From: Candidatus Woesearchaeota archaeon | Lineage (GTDB): Archaea > Nanobdellota > Nanobdellia > Woesearchaeales > JAHWHD01 | Direction of reading: 5' to 3' | NCBI GenBank assembly: GCA_019323515.1 | Contig: JAHWHG010000004.1 | Span: forward strand, 1,859-65,858 | Length of the DNA: 64,000 bases | In this document: piece after piece, positions 1 to 8,627 of the stretch | Numbering within the stretch: position 1 is the first letter of the stretch | Layout of the letters: each line of letters starts with the position of its first letter | The notes under the pieces: generated by a model | The model's database searches: none | What the model was told of the DNA's origin: nothing | Seen by the model: the letters and a program-made list of their open reading frames with translations, nothing else | Made by a program: the position numbers and the translations under genes

Positions 1-1545
1 GGAGCAATGACGATTGCTTCAGAAACCACTGCAGGAAATCCAGGTATAAGATTAGCTACTGGTTTATCTAATGAGAATTACTGGGACATGTATACATTTG
101 GAACTATAGCAAATAAAGGTTTGTTTATCAGATACAATGGCGATGACAAAATACAAATAACAAAAGAAGGGAATGTTGGAATAGGCATTACTAGCCCATG
201 GGTAAATAACGCAACACAAAAGCTTCATGTAGAAGGTAATGCAAATATTACTGGAGATCTTTCAGTAATAGGCAACATTACAATAGGCACTGGCACAATC
301 TTACTTGATGGTCAAAGGTCAAATATTGAACTATCTCCAGTGGATCCTGTAAAGATTGGAGAGGCGTTACTAAACAGTACAGCGTTGGAGGTTTTTGTTG
401 CAGGAAAATATGCATATGTTGGAACTTCAAATTCAAGTAAAGATGTTGAAATTTTTGATATTAGCAATCCTACAGATATTTCTATTGTAGGTTATGCAGA
501 CTTAACGAATAGTGTAAATGGTATTTATGTATTAAATAAGTACATGTACACTATTAGCAATGATCTTGGAGGGGATGATTTTGAGATATTTGATATCTCA
601 AATAAAAGCAATCCTGTAAAAGTGGCTGGTGTTGAGCTTGGTGCTAATGGTGATGAAATCTATGTTTCAGGGAGATATGCATATATTGGAACTGATGGAA
701 GTAATGAATTTAAGATATATGATATATCTGACCCAACAAACCCTGAACTGATAGGAACCGCAAATCCCGGAGATAATGTTAGAGGGCTTTATATCTCAGG
801 GAAGTATGCTTTTATTGGTTTTCAGGCTGGTGGGTCAACATTGATAAAGATATATGATATTTCAGACCCTACAAACCCTAAGCAAGTAGAATCCAACAAT
901 CAAGCATCTGGTACTGTAATTAATATGTATGTATCAGGCAATTATCTTTACACAATAAGTAGCTATAGTTCAAATAATTTACAGGTATGGGATATCTCAG
1001 ATATATCAAATATTGTGAATATTGGTAATGCAACAGCTGCAGATAATGCATATGGATTAGATGTGGCTGGGAAGTATGCTTATGTAACCAGTGGTTCAAC
1101 TGGGGATGATCTTGAGGTGTTTGACATCTCAGACCCTACAAATCCTACAAAAGTTGGAGGGGTTGAATTTGGAGGGAGTTCATATTCACAAACTATCAAA
1201 GTTGTAGGGAAATATGCATACATAGGGAATACATTGACAGGAGAATTAATGACATATGATATATCTGGTTCAGATTTACCAGCAGCAACTATTGGAACTG
1301 TCTCTGCAACAACTGCAGATGTATCTAATAATATGCATGTAGGGAATGATTTAGTTGTAGATAATGCACTTATTGTAGGCCAAGGTTTAATGGTTGATGG
1401 ACCAGCTTCATTAGGTATAAATGCTAGTTTAGTTGTTGATGAAGCTGGATTGATGAATTTAACCGGGAATCTCCATGTAGAAGGATGTATCAAATACAAT
1501 TGCTCACAGCCAACTGGATGTGTAACTTTAGGTGTTTGTATCTAA
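1..1545 (+). CDS. LVIVD-repeat beta-propeller surface protein (probably 5'-partial)
   Basis: ORF 7..1545 is in frame with nt 1-6 and has no upstream stop. About 9 iterations of GKYAY(V/I)G...(L/F)E(I/V)(F/Y)DISDPTNP match the LVIVD-repeat signature. The C-terminal tail is Cys-rich (GCIKYNCSQPTGCVTLGVCI). Confidence 0.75.
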   Translation, partial: GAMTIASETTAGNPGIRLATGLSNENYWDMYTFGTIANKGLFIRYNGDDKIQITKEGNVGIGITSPWVNNATQKLHVEGNANITGDLSVIGNITIGTGTILLDGQRSNIELSPVDPVKIGEALLNSTALEVFVAGKYAYVGTSNSSKDVEIFDISNPTDISIVGYADLTNSVNGIYVLNKYMYTISNDLGGDDFEIFDISNKSNPVKVAGVELGANGDEIYVSGRYAYIGTDGSNEFKIYDISDPTNPELIGTANPGDNVRGLYISGKYAFIGFQAGGSTLIKIYDISDPTNPKQVESNNQASGTVINMYVSGNYLYTISSYSSNNLQVWDISDISNIVNIGNATAADNAYGLDVAGKYAYVTSGSTGDDLEVFDISDPTNPTKVGGVEFGGSSYSQTIKVVGKYAYIGNTLTGELMTYDISGSDLPAATIGTVSATTADVSNNMHVGNDLVVDNALIVGQGLMVDGPASLGINASLVVDEAGLMNLTGNLHVEGCIKYNCSQPTGCVTLGVCI

Positions 1546-1686
1546 GAATTAAGGAATAAAAATTTTAATCAAAACTAGTTTCTTTTCTAAATTATTTTTT
1601 TAGTTAACGCTTAAAACTTTTGTACAGAAAAATAAGGGTTCACTATTGACAATTTATTTAAACTAGTAAAGATTATTAATCTTGCA

Positions 1687-2148
1687 ATGGAGTTTCCTAG
1701 TTTAGATGAAATCGTTGAAGACATTAAAGAATTACATTTACCTGAACATAGAACCATTGGAAAGAAAAGGGATAGTGAAACATGGGAAGAGAGTTTTGAC
1801 AGGCAATTTCTAGGGATAATTGAAGAGACATATAATAGGATAAAAATGAATTCTGAATTTTATATGATACCGCAAAAACCTTATGATGGGAAGTGCACAC
1901 ATACAAAGTCCTATATCTTACAGGTGCAAATGGCAAGAGAGAGGCATCTGCATGGGTTTGAGGATGATGCATTCTTTGCTGCAAGAGGTTGGGTTGTTAG
2001 AACTGTTTATTGCAGGATGTGTCCAGAGAATAAATTATGTAAATGGAACCCAAAGAAGGAACTTGAGAGTCATAAGCATTCTCGTAGTGCAGCACATTGT
2101 GAGGAGAAATTCTTCAAGGATCATCCAGAGTATTCATTTTCTGGGTAA
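1687..2148 (+). CDS. hypothetical protein (Cys/His-rich)
   Basis: 153-aa ORF with no recognisable family motif. CRMCPENKLCKW and HKHSRSAAHCEE could form a metal site. Confidence 0.45.
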   Translation: MEFPSLDEIVEDIKELHLPEHRTIGKKRDSETWEESFDRQFLGIIEETYNRIKMNSEFYMIPQKPYDGKCTHTKSYILQVQMARERHLHGFEDDAFFAARGWVVRTVYCRMCPENKLCKWNPKKELESHKHSRSAAHCEEKFFKDHPEYSFSG

Positions 2149-2283
2149 AAACATTAGATATTTATAGTAGTTCGCACAATATACATTGTATGTACCTTTA
2201 GTTATATGAAAATAAAGAGAAGTACAAAAAACGTATAATTTGGCTTGAAAAGGCCAGGCTTTTGAACAAAAAAGAGGCATGAA

Positions 2284-3093
2284 ATGAGCGACAGATTAAG
2301 GCAGTTGGAGACTGAACTTAAGCTTAGAGGTTTTAGTGAGAAGACCATCAGAAACTACAAACACTATAATAATGATTTTCTTAACTTCCTAGGAAAGAGT
2401 CCAAATGAAGTAGAGGAGTATGATGTAAAGGAGTACATAGCACATTTGATTTCTGATAAAAGTATGAAGCCTGCAACAGTTAACCTTGCAAGATGTGCAT
2501 TGAAGTTCTTTTATGTAGAGGTGCTTGAGAAAAACATATTTGGAAGGATTAAGACAGTCAAGGCAGAGAAGAAGATACCAACTGTATTGTCAAAAGATGA
2601 AGTGCAAAACATTTTAGCGGTGATAAAAAATAGTAGAGACAGGCTTATGGTTGAATTTATGTATTCTGCAGGGCTGAGGGTTTCTGAGGTAGTTGAGTTA
2701 GATGCAAGGAATCTTGACTTCAAAGAGAAGATTGGCACTGTAAAGGCTGGAAAAGGTAAGAAAGATAGACTGATAATCCTTAGTGATAAGTTGATTAAAG
2801 GATTACAGAGGCATATTGAAAGTGAAGGGGTAGAGGGATTAGTGTTTCCTGTGAGCAAGAGGTATGTGCAAAAGGTGGTTAGTAGCGCAGCTGAGAAGGC
2901 AGGGATAAAGAAAAGAGTGTTCTGCCATGCATTGAGGAGCAGCTTTGCAACACATTTGCTGGAAGCAGGAACAGATATAAGGATAATCCAAGAGCTGTTA
3001 GGACATGCAAATTTGGCAACCACAGAGCGCTATACCAAAGTAAGCAAGGAACAATTGAAGAAAGTAAGATCACCATTAGATGATTTGAGATAA
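2284..3093 (+). CDS. xerA: tyrosine recombinase, XerA/XerC/D-like integrase
   Basis: N-terminal SAM-like core-binding region (LRGFSEKTIRNYKHY...). The catalytic region carries RVSEV (Arg), HALRSSFATHLLEAGTDIRIIQELLGHANLATTERYTKV (H-x-x-R, H, Y) in canonical order. Confidence 0.85.
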   Translation: MSDRLRQLETELKLRGFSEKTIRNYKHYNNDFLNFLGKSPNEVEEYDVKEYIAHLISDKSMKPATVNLARCALKFFYVEVLEKNIFGRIKTVKAEKKIPTVLSKDEVQNILAVIKNSRDRLMVEFMYSAGLRVSEVVELDARNLDFKEKIGTVKAGKGKKDRLIILSDKLIKGLQRHIESEGVEGLVFPVSKRYVQKVVSSAAEKAGIKKRVFCHALRSSFATHLLEAGTDIRIIQELLGHANLATTERYTKVSKEQLKKVRSPLDDLR

Positions 3094-3144
3094 AACTTTT
3101 AATCAAAGATAAGAATTTGTTTGGCTAAAACATTTAAGAGAAGA

Positions 3145-3660
3145 TTAATCGTTTTCTACTTGTTCTGAAGAACCATTATCTATACCAACAACATTCTCTT
3201 TTGCCTGCACTTCCTTGAATTCTGAATCAAGAGATATAAGAGGAGCAGCATTGATATATTTTATAATAATAGGAATACCCTTATCAATCATATTTTGTAC
3301 ATAGGTTTTTGCAAGTGACTCTGATATGTTGAGTTCAACAGCTATCTGGGAGTATGAAAAAGGTTCTTCATGCGCATACAAACACTTGAAAACCTGTTTT
3401 TCATTGATTGTCAGAGGCTGAATCTTAACTGTAAAGGTCTTAGGAAGGGGTAGCTGCTGTAGCATCATCTGCATTTCTTCAATACGCTCACTAAGCTTGT
3501 CTATCTTAGAATCAAGGTCCAGGATAGCCTCATAATTCTCCTGGATCTCGTTAGTATTCTCGTTTATAGCGTTTAGGTGGTCCTCTAACTCCTCACGGAT
3601 TTTAGCAAAAGAATGCTTTATTTTCTTATTTACATTAGCAGCAAATTCTTTAATATTCAT
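3145..3660 (-). CDS. hypothetical coiled-coil protein with C-terminal winged-HTH-like region
   Basis: N-terminal heptad-rich segment (EELEDHLNAINENTNEIQENYEAILDLDSKIDKLSERIEEMQ). The C-terminal part (FSYSQIAVELNISESLAKTYVQNMIDKGIPII) looks like an HTH. Confidence 0.55.
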   Translation of the reverse strand: MNIKEFAANVNKKIKHSFAKIREELEDHLNAINENTNEIQENYEAILDLDSKIDKLSERIEEMQMMLQQLPLPKTFTVKIQPLTINEKQVFKCLYAHEEPFSYSQIAVELNISESLAKTYVQNMIDKGIPIIIKYINAAPLISLDSEFKEVQAKENVVGIDNGSSEQVEND

Positions 3661-3762
3661 ATATGGTTAGACAAAAGCCTATCTTAAATATTTTTCCAAT
3701 ATTGAATATCGAGAATAAAAATCAAAAGTTTTATAAACAATCGGGCGATTTATTTATATATT

Positions 3763-4473
3763 ATGGGGTGGCTTAAACCGAAACAGACACTTAGTATTGA
3801 TAAGTGGCATAGGTTTCAGTATATGCTTAAAGCCTCGTTTTCTCGACTTAGAAGCGACATAAATAACCTAGTTTCCTGGGTGCAGTATTTTCAGGGGAAG
3901 CATGAAGATGTAGATACAAGGCTATCAAGAATAGAGAATTATATGCATCTGCCACAGCAGGACATCAATAAGATCCATGCAAGAATAGGAGAACTTGAGA
4001 AATCTCACATTATGCCGAAGTATGAACTTGAAAAGGTAAATATGAGGATAGATAGGCTTGAGGAACATAATGAGAGGAAAATTACAAAGGATGATGTTGA
4101 AGTTATTGTTGGGAGGCATTCTGCGTTTGAGAATATGCTTGCAAAGATGCAGGAGATGGAGGCAAGGATTGCAAATATTGAGCTGAATAAAGCAACCCCA
4201 AAACAGAATTTAAGGGAAAAGATTGTTAGAAATATTACAAGGAATTCTAAGGAATATGTCAAGAATTTGATAAGAAATTTAATCCTTAAATATGAACGGA
4301 TTTCAGGGTTGCAGATGAAAGAGATGGTTGTTGATGAGCAAGGGCTTTGCTCAAAAAGTTCATTTTATAGGATCCTTCAAGAAGTTGAAGAAGAAGGACA
4401 AGTAGGGTTCTTGAGGGAAGGTAAAGAGAAGAAGTATTTTGCGAAGGCTGGAAAGATAAAGAGTTTTGAGTGA
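3763..4473 (+). CDS. hypothetical coiled-coil protein with C-terminal winged-HTH-like region
   Basis: Divergent from 3145..3660 and has the same architecture: long coiled coil, then GLCSKSSFYRILQEVEEEGQVGFLREGKEKKYF (wHTH-like). Confidence 0.55.
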   Translation: MGWLKPKQTLSIDKWHRFQYMLKASFSRLRSDINNLVSWVQYFQGKHEDVDTRLSRIENYMHLPQQDINKIHARIGELEKSHIMPKYELEKVNMRIDRLEEHNERKITKDDVEVIVGRHSAFENMLAKMQEMEARIANIELNKATPKQNLREKIVRNITRNSKEYVKNLIRNLILKYERISGLQMKEMVVDEQGLCSKSSFYRILQEVEEEGQVGFLREGKEKKYFAKAGKIKSFE

Positions 4474-4487
4474 GCTGATTTCTGCTA

Positions 4488-4823
4488 GTCCCAAGTAGGA
4501 CTGAGACTATTTTATCGACGACAAACATTTTGGGAATGGGACTGAGACTGGAAGGAGAGATTAACGAGGGAACGAAATTTGCGCGTAGCGCGCTCTGCGC
4601 ACGAACTATATTCTATCAGTCCTAAATAAGGCTATTGGGACTGTCCCAAGATGGGACTGAGACTGTTTTGGGAGTATTTTGGGAATATGAAAGAGGGTTT
4701 TGGAGAGCAGTTTCTGACTTAGAAGTGCAAACATAAAGTATAAATAGTTAGTCTTATTTGGGATTATTGTGAGACTGGGACTATACAGTCCCAGGACTGT
4801 TTGGGAATGGGACTAAGACTGAC
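4488..4823. repeat. array of GGGACT / AGTCCC short repeats (both orientations), with a 23-nt unit TTTGGGAATGGGACT(G/A)AGACTG present twice
   Basis: GGGACTGAGACTG occurs at 4538-4550 and 4653-4665, and GGGACTAAGACTG at 4809-4821. Palindromes GGGACTGTCCC (4637-4647) and GGGACTATACAGTCCC (4777-4792) are present, with further GGACT copies at 4498, 4617 (rc) and 4794. A GC island lies at 4581-4603. Confidence 0.8.
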
Positions 4824-5090
4824 AAAACAGAGGGTAAAAGAGCGATCGCAACCAGACAAAAGGGCGCTTGGAGATGGATGAAAAAAGAGCCGAAAAAAAC
4901 AGAAGCCAAGACCCGTCAATCACAATGAACACCAAAAGTGTGCCAGCAAAAAACAGCAGGAAGTGAGGCATAAAAAGATTGCACAGGAGCAGGGAATCCT
5001 TGTGTAGGTGGGCTTTACAGGGATTAGATATGAGTTTATAGACGGTGAAATAGCAAAATCTGTGAGTGATTAGAGTGAAGAGAGTAGGGC

Positions 5091-5747
5091 CATATATGAA
5101 AATAAATGAGAAGTGAGGGTTGTAATATACGTTTAAGGTTAGTACAAAGAGGCTCCACATATATGAAAATAATTAACAGAGATGATTAATGTGCAGAATA
5201 TGAGGGATACAGAGACTGGGAAGGCTGAATTCAGAGAAACACAAGATAAATTGAGTAGGCCATATATGAAAATAATTAAAAAGTGAGAGATAAAATAGGG
5301 GATTTAAGGGCTAAAATCATGTTTTGTGCGTGTATAAGCATGAAAATGAGTGAGAACATAGTATCTGGTTCTGTTTAGAGGTGCTGAAACAATTGAATTC
5401 GAGGGTTTGAGGGCTTTATTACGCAAATCTGCGATATAGAATACAGGTGGTTAGTATAGAAAGAACAGTAAATGAGCATAGAGGTATATGAAAATAATTA
5501 GAAAGTGAGTGTTAAATTAGAGTGTAAACATATATAAACAAGTGAAATATGTGATTATTTAGCGTTATACGTTAATATAGCGATTGTGAGGGCTATACAG
5601 GGATTTATGAGAATATACGTTAAAATGGCTTTAAATGAGCGTTTAAAGCGGTTTTAGAGGTTACGTGGCTTTGTAATATGAGGCTTACATATGAGGTTAT
5701 ATTGAGATCATAGTGACTGAATATTGAAAATAATCTAAAAGTGAGGA
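5091..5747 (+). repeat. dispersed direct repeats of (C)ATATATGAAAATAAT(T)A.AAAGTGAG (5 copies plus degenerate copies)
   Basis: Copies at 5091-5119, 5158-5181, 5261-5290, 5484-5511 and 5720-5747; a partial copy at 5338-5357; a related copy at 2203-2224 upstream of the recombinase. The last copy ends about 17 nt before the ATG at 5764, so the motif may be a BRE/TATA-type promoter. Confidence 0.75.
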
Positions 5748-5763
5748 TAAAGAGGAAAAGAAA

Positions 5764-6420
5764 ATGCCAGGCATAGGAAAGATACATTCAAAATCTGCAT
5801 TAGCAATAGTGTTATCGAGGCTGAAAGTGTTCAAGAGTCCTAAAGTAAGCATAGAGCAATATCCTACAGATTCAGAGATTGCAGCTGCAGTGTTATGGGA
5901 TGCAGGGTTGAGAGGAGATATATACGGGAAAGTAATAGTTGATCTTGGCTGCGGTACAGGGATATTAGGCATAGGAGCAGGTTTGTTAGGCGCTAAGAGA
6001 GTGATATTTATCGACGCTGACAAGGAAGCACTTGAGAGGTGTGAGGAGAATATCAAGTATGTGCAGGAGAAAGAAGGGACTGAATTTGAGTATATTGTAA
6101 AAAAATCTAAAGTGAGTGATATCATTGATGGAAAGGAATTAGGTGCTGAGGTAGTGATACAGAACCCTCCGTTCGGGGTGAAGGATAAGCATGCAGACAA
6201 GGAGTTTTTAGAGAAAGCGACAGAGATTGCAGATATAGTTTATAGTTTTCATAAGGCCTCTACAAAGAAGTTTGTGCAGAAGTTCAGCGACGATAAATTG
6301 TTCGATGTTACACATTACAGCGAGTTCATGTTTCCCCTTAAATCGACGATGATGTTTCACAAGAAGAAAATACACAGGATAAAAGTAGGTGTGTGGAGAC
6401 TTGAGAGGAGAGCAAACTAG
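5764..6420 (+). CDS. class I SAM-dependent methyltransferase, COG2263/METTL5-like (NPPF motif)
   Basis: SAM-binding motif I VIVDLGCGTGILGIGAGLLGA, acidic loop IFIDAD, and motif IV VIQNPPFG, which is typical of N6-adenine/rRNA methylases. Confidence 0.75.
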   Translation: MPGIGKIHSKSALAIVLSRLKVFKSPKVSIEQYPTDSEIAAAVLWDAGLRGDIYGKVIVDLGCGTGILGIGAGLLGAKRVIFIDADKEALERCEENIKYVQEKEGTEFEYIVKKSKVSDIIDGKELGAEVVIQNPPFGVKDKHADKEFLEKATEIADIVYSFHKASTKKFVQKFSDDKLFDVTHYSEFMFPLKSTMMFHKKKIHRIKVGVWRLERRAN

Positions 6421-6482
6421 TTGTACAGTTTAATAGGAAAGTTTTATAAATAAGGTCTAGATTAGAGGATAAAGGTGGTTTC

Positions 6483-6758
6483 ATGGAACTAAAAGTTATT
6501 GAAGAGGGTAAGAACAGACTAATAGTCGAGATACAAGGAGAAGATCATACATTCTGCAATGCTTTAAAGAAAGAGCTTTGGAATGATAGTCATGTCAAAG
6601 CAGCTGGATATAACATAAGCCATCCTTTAGTAGGAGAGCCAAGGATTATTGTAGAGACAGACGGTAAAGTTGATCCTAAGAAGGCTTTGGCTGAAGCTGC
6701 AAAGAGACTGAAAAAGACAATAGAGAAGTTCTCAAAAGCCTTTGATAAGATGAAATGA
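6483..6758 (+). CDS. rpoL: DNA-directed RNA polymerase subunit L (Rpo11)
   Basis: 91 aa. The segment GEDHTFCNALKKELWNDSHVKAAGYNISHPLVGEPRIIVETDG is the Rpo11/RpoL signature. The SD-like sequence AGGTGG lies 6 nt upstream. Confidence 0.88.
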   Translation: MELKVIEEGKNRLIVEIQGEDHTFCNALKKELWNDSHVKAAGYNISHPLVGEPRIIVETDGKVDPKKALAEAAKRLKKTIEKFSKAFDKMK

Positions 6759-7300
6759 AAGGGGAACTTCTCATCAGTTTAGCAAGGGATGCTATTAAAG
6801 CACATTTCTCAAATGAAAAGTTAAAGATTAGCGAGGAGCTTAAAAGTGAGTTTTCTGATAAGCAAGGGGTGTTTGTCACACTTACTATAGATGGTGAGTT
6901 GCGTGGATGCATTGGGTTTATTGAGGCAATATATCCTTTGTATGAATCTGTGATAAAAGCAGCTGAATCTGCTGCGTTCTCTGACCCTAGGTTTAAGCCG
7001 TTGAATGAGGCTGAGTTCAAGAGATTGAAGGTTGAAGTGTCTGTGTTGACAAAGCCTGAACTTATTGCAGTGGGGAAGCCAGAGGACTATGTAAAAAAGA
7101 TTAAAGTTGGCAGAGACGGACTAATAGTTGAGAAAGGTATGTACAAGGGTTTATTGCTGCCGCAGGTAGCTACAGAATATAACTGGGATTCTAAAGAGTT
7201 TTTAGAGTACACGTGCCAGAAAGCTGGTTTGAATAAGGATGCATGGAAGAAGCCAGGAGTTAAGGTTTATAGGTTTGAATGCGAGATTTTTCATGAGTAA
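6755..7300 (+). CDS. AMMECR1 domain protein
   Basis: GVFVTLTIDGELRGCIGFIEAIYPLYESVIKAAESAAFSDPRFKPL matches the AMMECR1 core (GxFVT...LRGCIG). It is ATGA-coupled to rpoL. Confidence 0.85.
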   Translation: MKGELLISLARDAIKAHFSNEKLKISEELKSEFSDKQGVFVTLTIDGELRGCIGFIEAIYPLYESVIKAAESAAFSDPRFKPLNEAEFKRLKVEVSVLTKPELIAVGKPEDYVKKIKVGRDGLIVEKGMYKGLLLPQVATEYNWDSKEFLEYTCQKAGLNKDAWKKPGVKVYRFECEIFHE

Positions 7301-7386
7301 ATTCTTAGGATATAGGCCTTGTAAAGCCGAAAAACTTAAATATCTGCTAGTGCCTAACTGGAGTTTATTGGTTTAAGGGGATTAAG

Positions 7387-7929
7387 ATGTTTGTACGTGT
7401 GAAGAAGATAAAAGGGAATGAGTACTTGTATGTTGTTGAGAATAGTTGGAAGAATGGAAAGGTCAAGCAGAAGGTCAGGAAATATATTGGCAGGGTGTAT
7501 CCGCTGAAGAGAGTTAAAGACGAGGACTTTTATTCTTTTCATAATATTGAAGATATCAACAAGTATCTTTCAAAAAGTGCAAAGGATATTGTCAAGGATA
7601 TACTTAAGTTTGAGCTAGGAGTGCATGGGTTTGAGTTCAAGCCTGGGAAGGGTAAAGAGGATATTATGAAGAAGGAGGAACTTATTGTTGACCTCTCACG
7701 GATGAGAGTGAAAGGTTATAGCAATGATATTGCGCTCAGACTTAACAAGGCTGGATATATTTATGGTGAAAGTATAAAAGAAATCATTGAGTTCAAGGCT
7801 GGACGTGATAAAGAGAAGAGCGGGCTTGAGCTGGCTAAGTTATTTGCAGGGATGGGGATTGAGCCTGACAAGAACATTTTTATAAGATTAATATTGGGTA
7901 AGGATTTTAAGGTTGATGAATATGAATGA
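7387..7929 (+). CDS. hypothetical protein; N-terminus resembles the DNA-binding N-terminus of IS1634/IS4-type transposases
   Basis: MFVRVKKIKGNEYLYVVENSWKNGKVKQKVRKYIGR resembles the conserved N-terminal beta-hairpin motif of IS1634-family transposases. No DDE region is present (only 180 aa). Confidence 0.5.
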   Translation: MFVRVKKIKGNEYLYVVENSWKNGKVKQKVRKYIGRVYPLKRVKDEDFYSFHNIEDINKYLSKSAKDIVKDILKFELGVHGFEFKPGKGKEDIMKKEELIVDLSRMRVKGYSNDIALRLNKAGYIYGESIKEIIEFKAGRDKEKSGLELAKLFAGMGIEPDKNIFIRLILGKDFKVDEYE

Positions 7930-8626
7930 TAAAAAGGTTCCAAATCATGTTGGAATTATAATGGACGGAAACAGAAGGTTTGCAAAGAGGTTGATGCTTG
8001 AGCCATGGAAAGGGCATGAGTATGGTGCAGAGGTGCTTGAGAAGGTACTTAACTGGTGTAATGAGCTCGGTGTCAAGGAGTTGACGCTTTACACTTTCTC
8101 AGTTGAAAACTTTAACAGGCCTAAGAAGGAGTTTGATTACCTGATGCAGCTGTTCAAGAAAGAGTTTGAGAAGCTTATGAATGATGACAGGGTTGACAAG
8201 AGAAGGATTAGGATTAGGTTCATAGGACGACTTAAGATGTTTGATGAAGAGTTGCAGAATCTGATGAAGAAGGTTATGAAAAGGACAAAGGATTATGATG
8301 ATTTCAGGTTGAACTTTGCAGTTGCTTATGGAGGAAGGCAGGAGATTGTTGATGGTATAAGGAAAGTGGTTGAGCTTGCAAAGAAAGGGATGATAAATGA
8401 AGAAGATGTTGATGAGGAGAATTTTGGGAATTATCTATACCTTAAGTCACAGCCTGAGCTTGTCATAAGGACTGGTGGTGAGAAAAGGTTGAGCAATTTC
8501 TTAATGTGGCAGTCAGCGTACTCTGAGCTGATGTTTATTGATAACATGTGGCCAGAGTTCAGTAAAGAGGAGTTTGCAAGGTGTATTGAGGAATATGGTA
8601 ATAGAGAGAGAAGGTTTGGAAGATAA
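7913..8626 (+). CDS. uppS: cis-prenyltransferase (undecaprenyl/di-trans,poly-cis-polyprenyl diphosphate synthase)
   Basis: HVGIIMDGNRRFAKR, YTFSVENFNRP and IRTGGEKRLSNFLMWQSAYSEL are canonical UPPS motifs. Confidence 0.9.
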   Translation: MMNMNDKKVPNHVGIIMDGNRRFAKRLMLEPWKGHEYGAEVLEKVLNWCNELGVKELTLYTFSVENFNRPKKEFDYLMQLFKKEFEKLMNDDRVDKRRIRIRFIGRLKMFDEELQNLMKKVMKRTKDYDDFRLNFAVAYGGRQEIVDGIRKVVELAKKGMINEEDVDEENFGNYLYLKSQPELVIRTGGEKRLSNFLMWQSAYSELMFIDNMWPEFSKEEFARCIEEYGNRERRFGR

Positions 8627-8627
8627 C

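Noticed and set aside
4813-5160. 115-aa minus-strand ORF inside the repeat-rich non-coding region
   Set aside because: It runs antisense through copies of the ATATGAAAATAA repeat. Its product is low-complexity F/L-rich sequence typical of translating the complement of purine-rich DNA. It has no SD or TATA context and no recognisable motif. A real small membrane protein cannot be fully excluded.
4474-5763. CRISPR array
   Set aside because: The repeats are short (13-30 nt), degenerate, irregularly spaced (60-220 nt) and occur in both orientations. There are no cas genes in the window.
8538-8627. Tracked upstream starts that overlap neighbouring features (8538 for the transglutaminase-like gene, 10713 for lrp, 51953 for adk, 55584 for the GNAT gene)
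   Set aside because: The N-terminal extensions overlap the preceding gene or the tRNA and do not look like real protein sequence. Internal ATGs at 8628, 10887, 52064 and 55620 begin exactly where the family-typical N-termini start.
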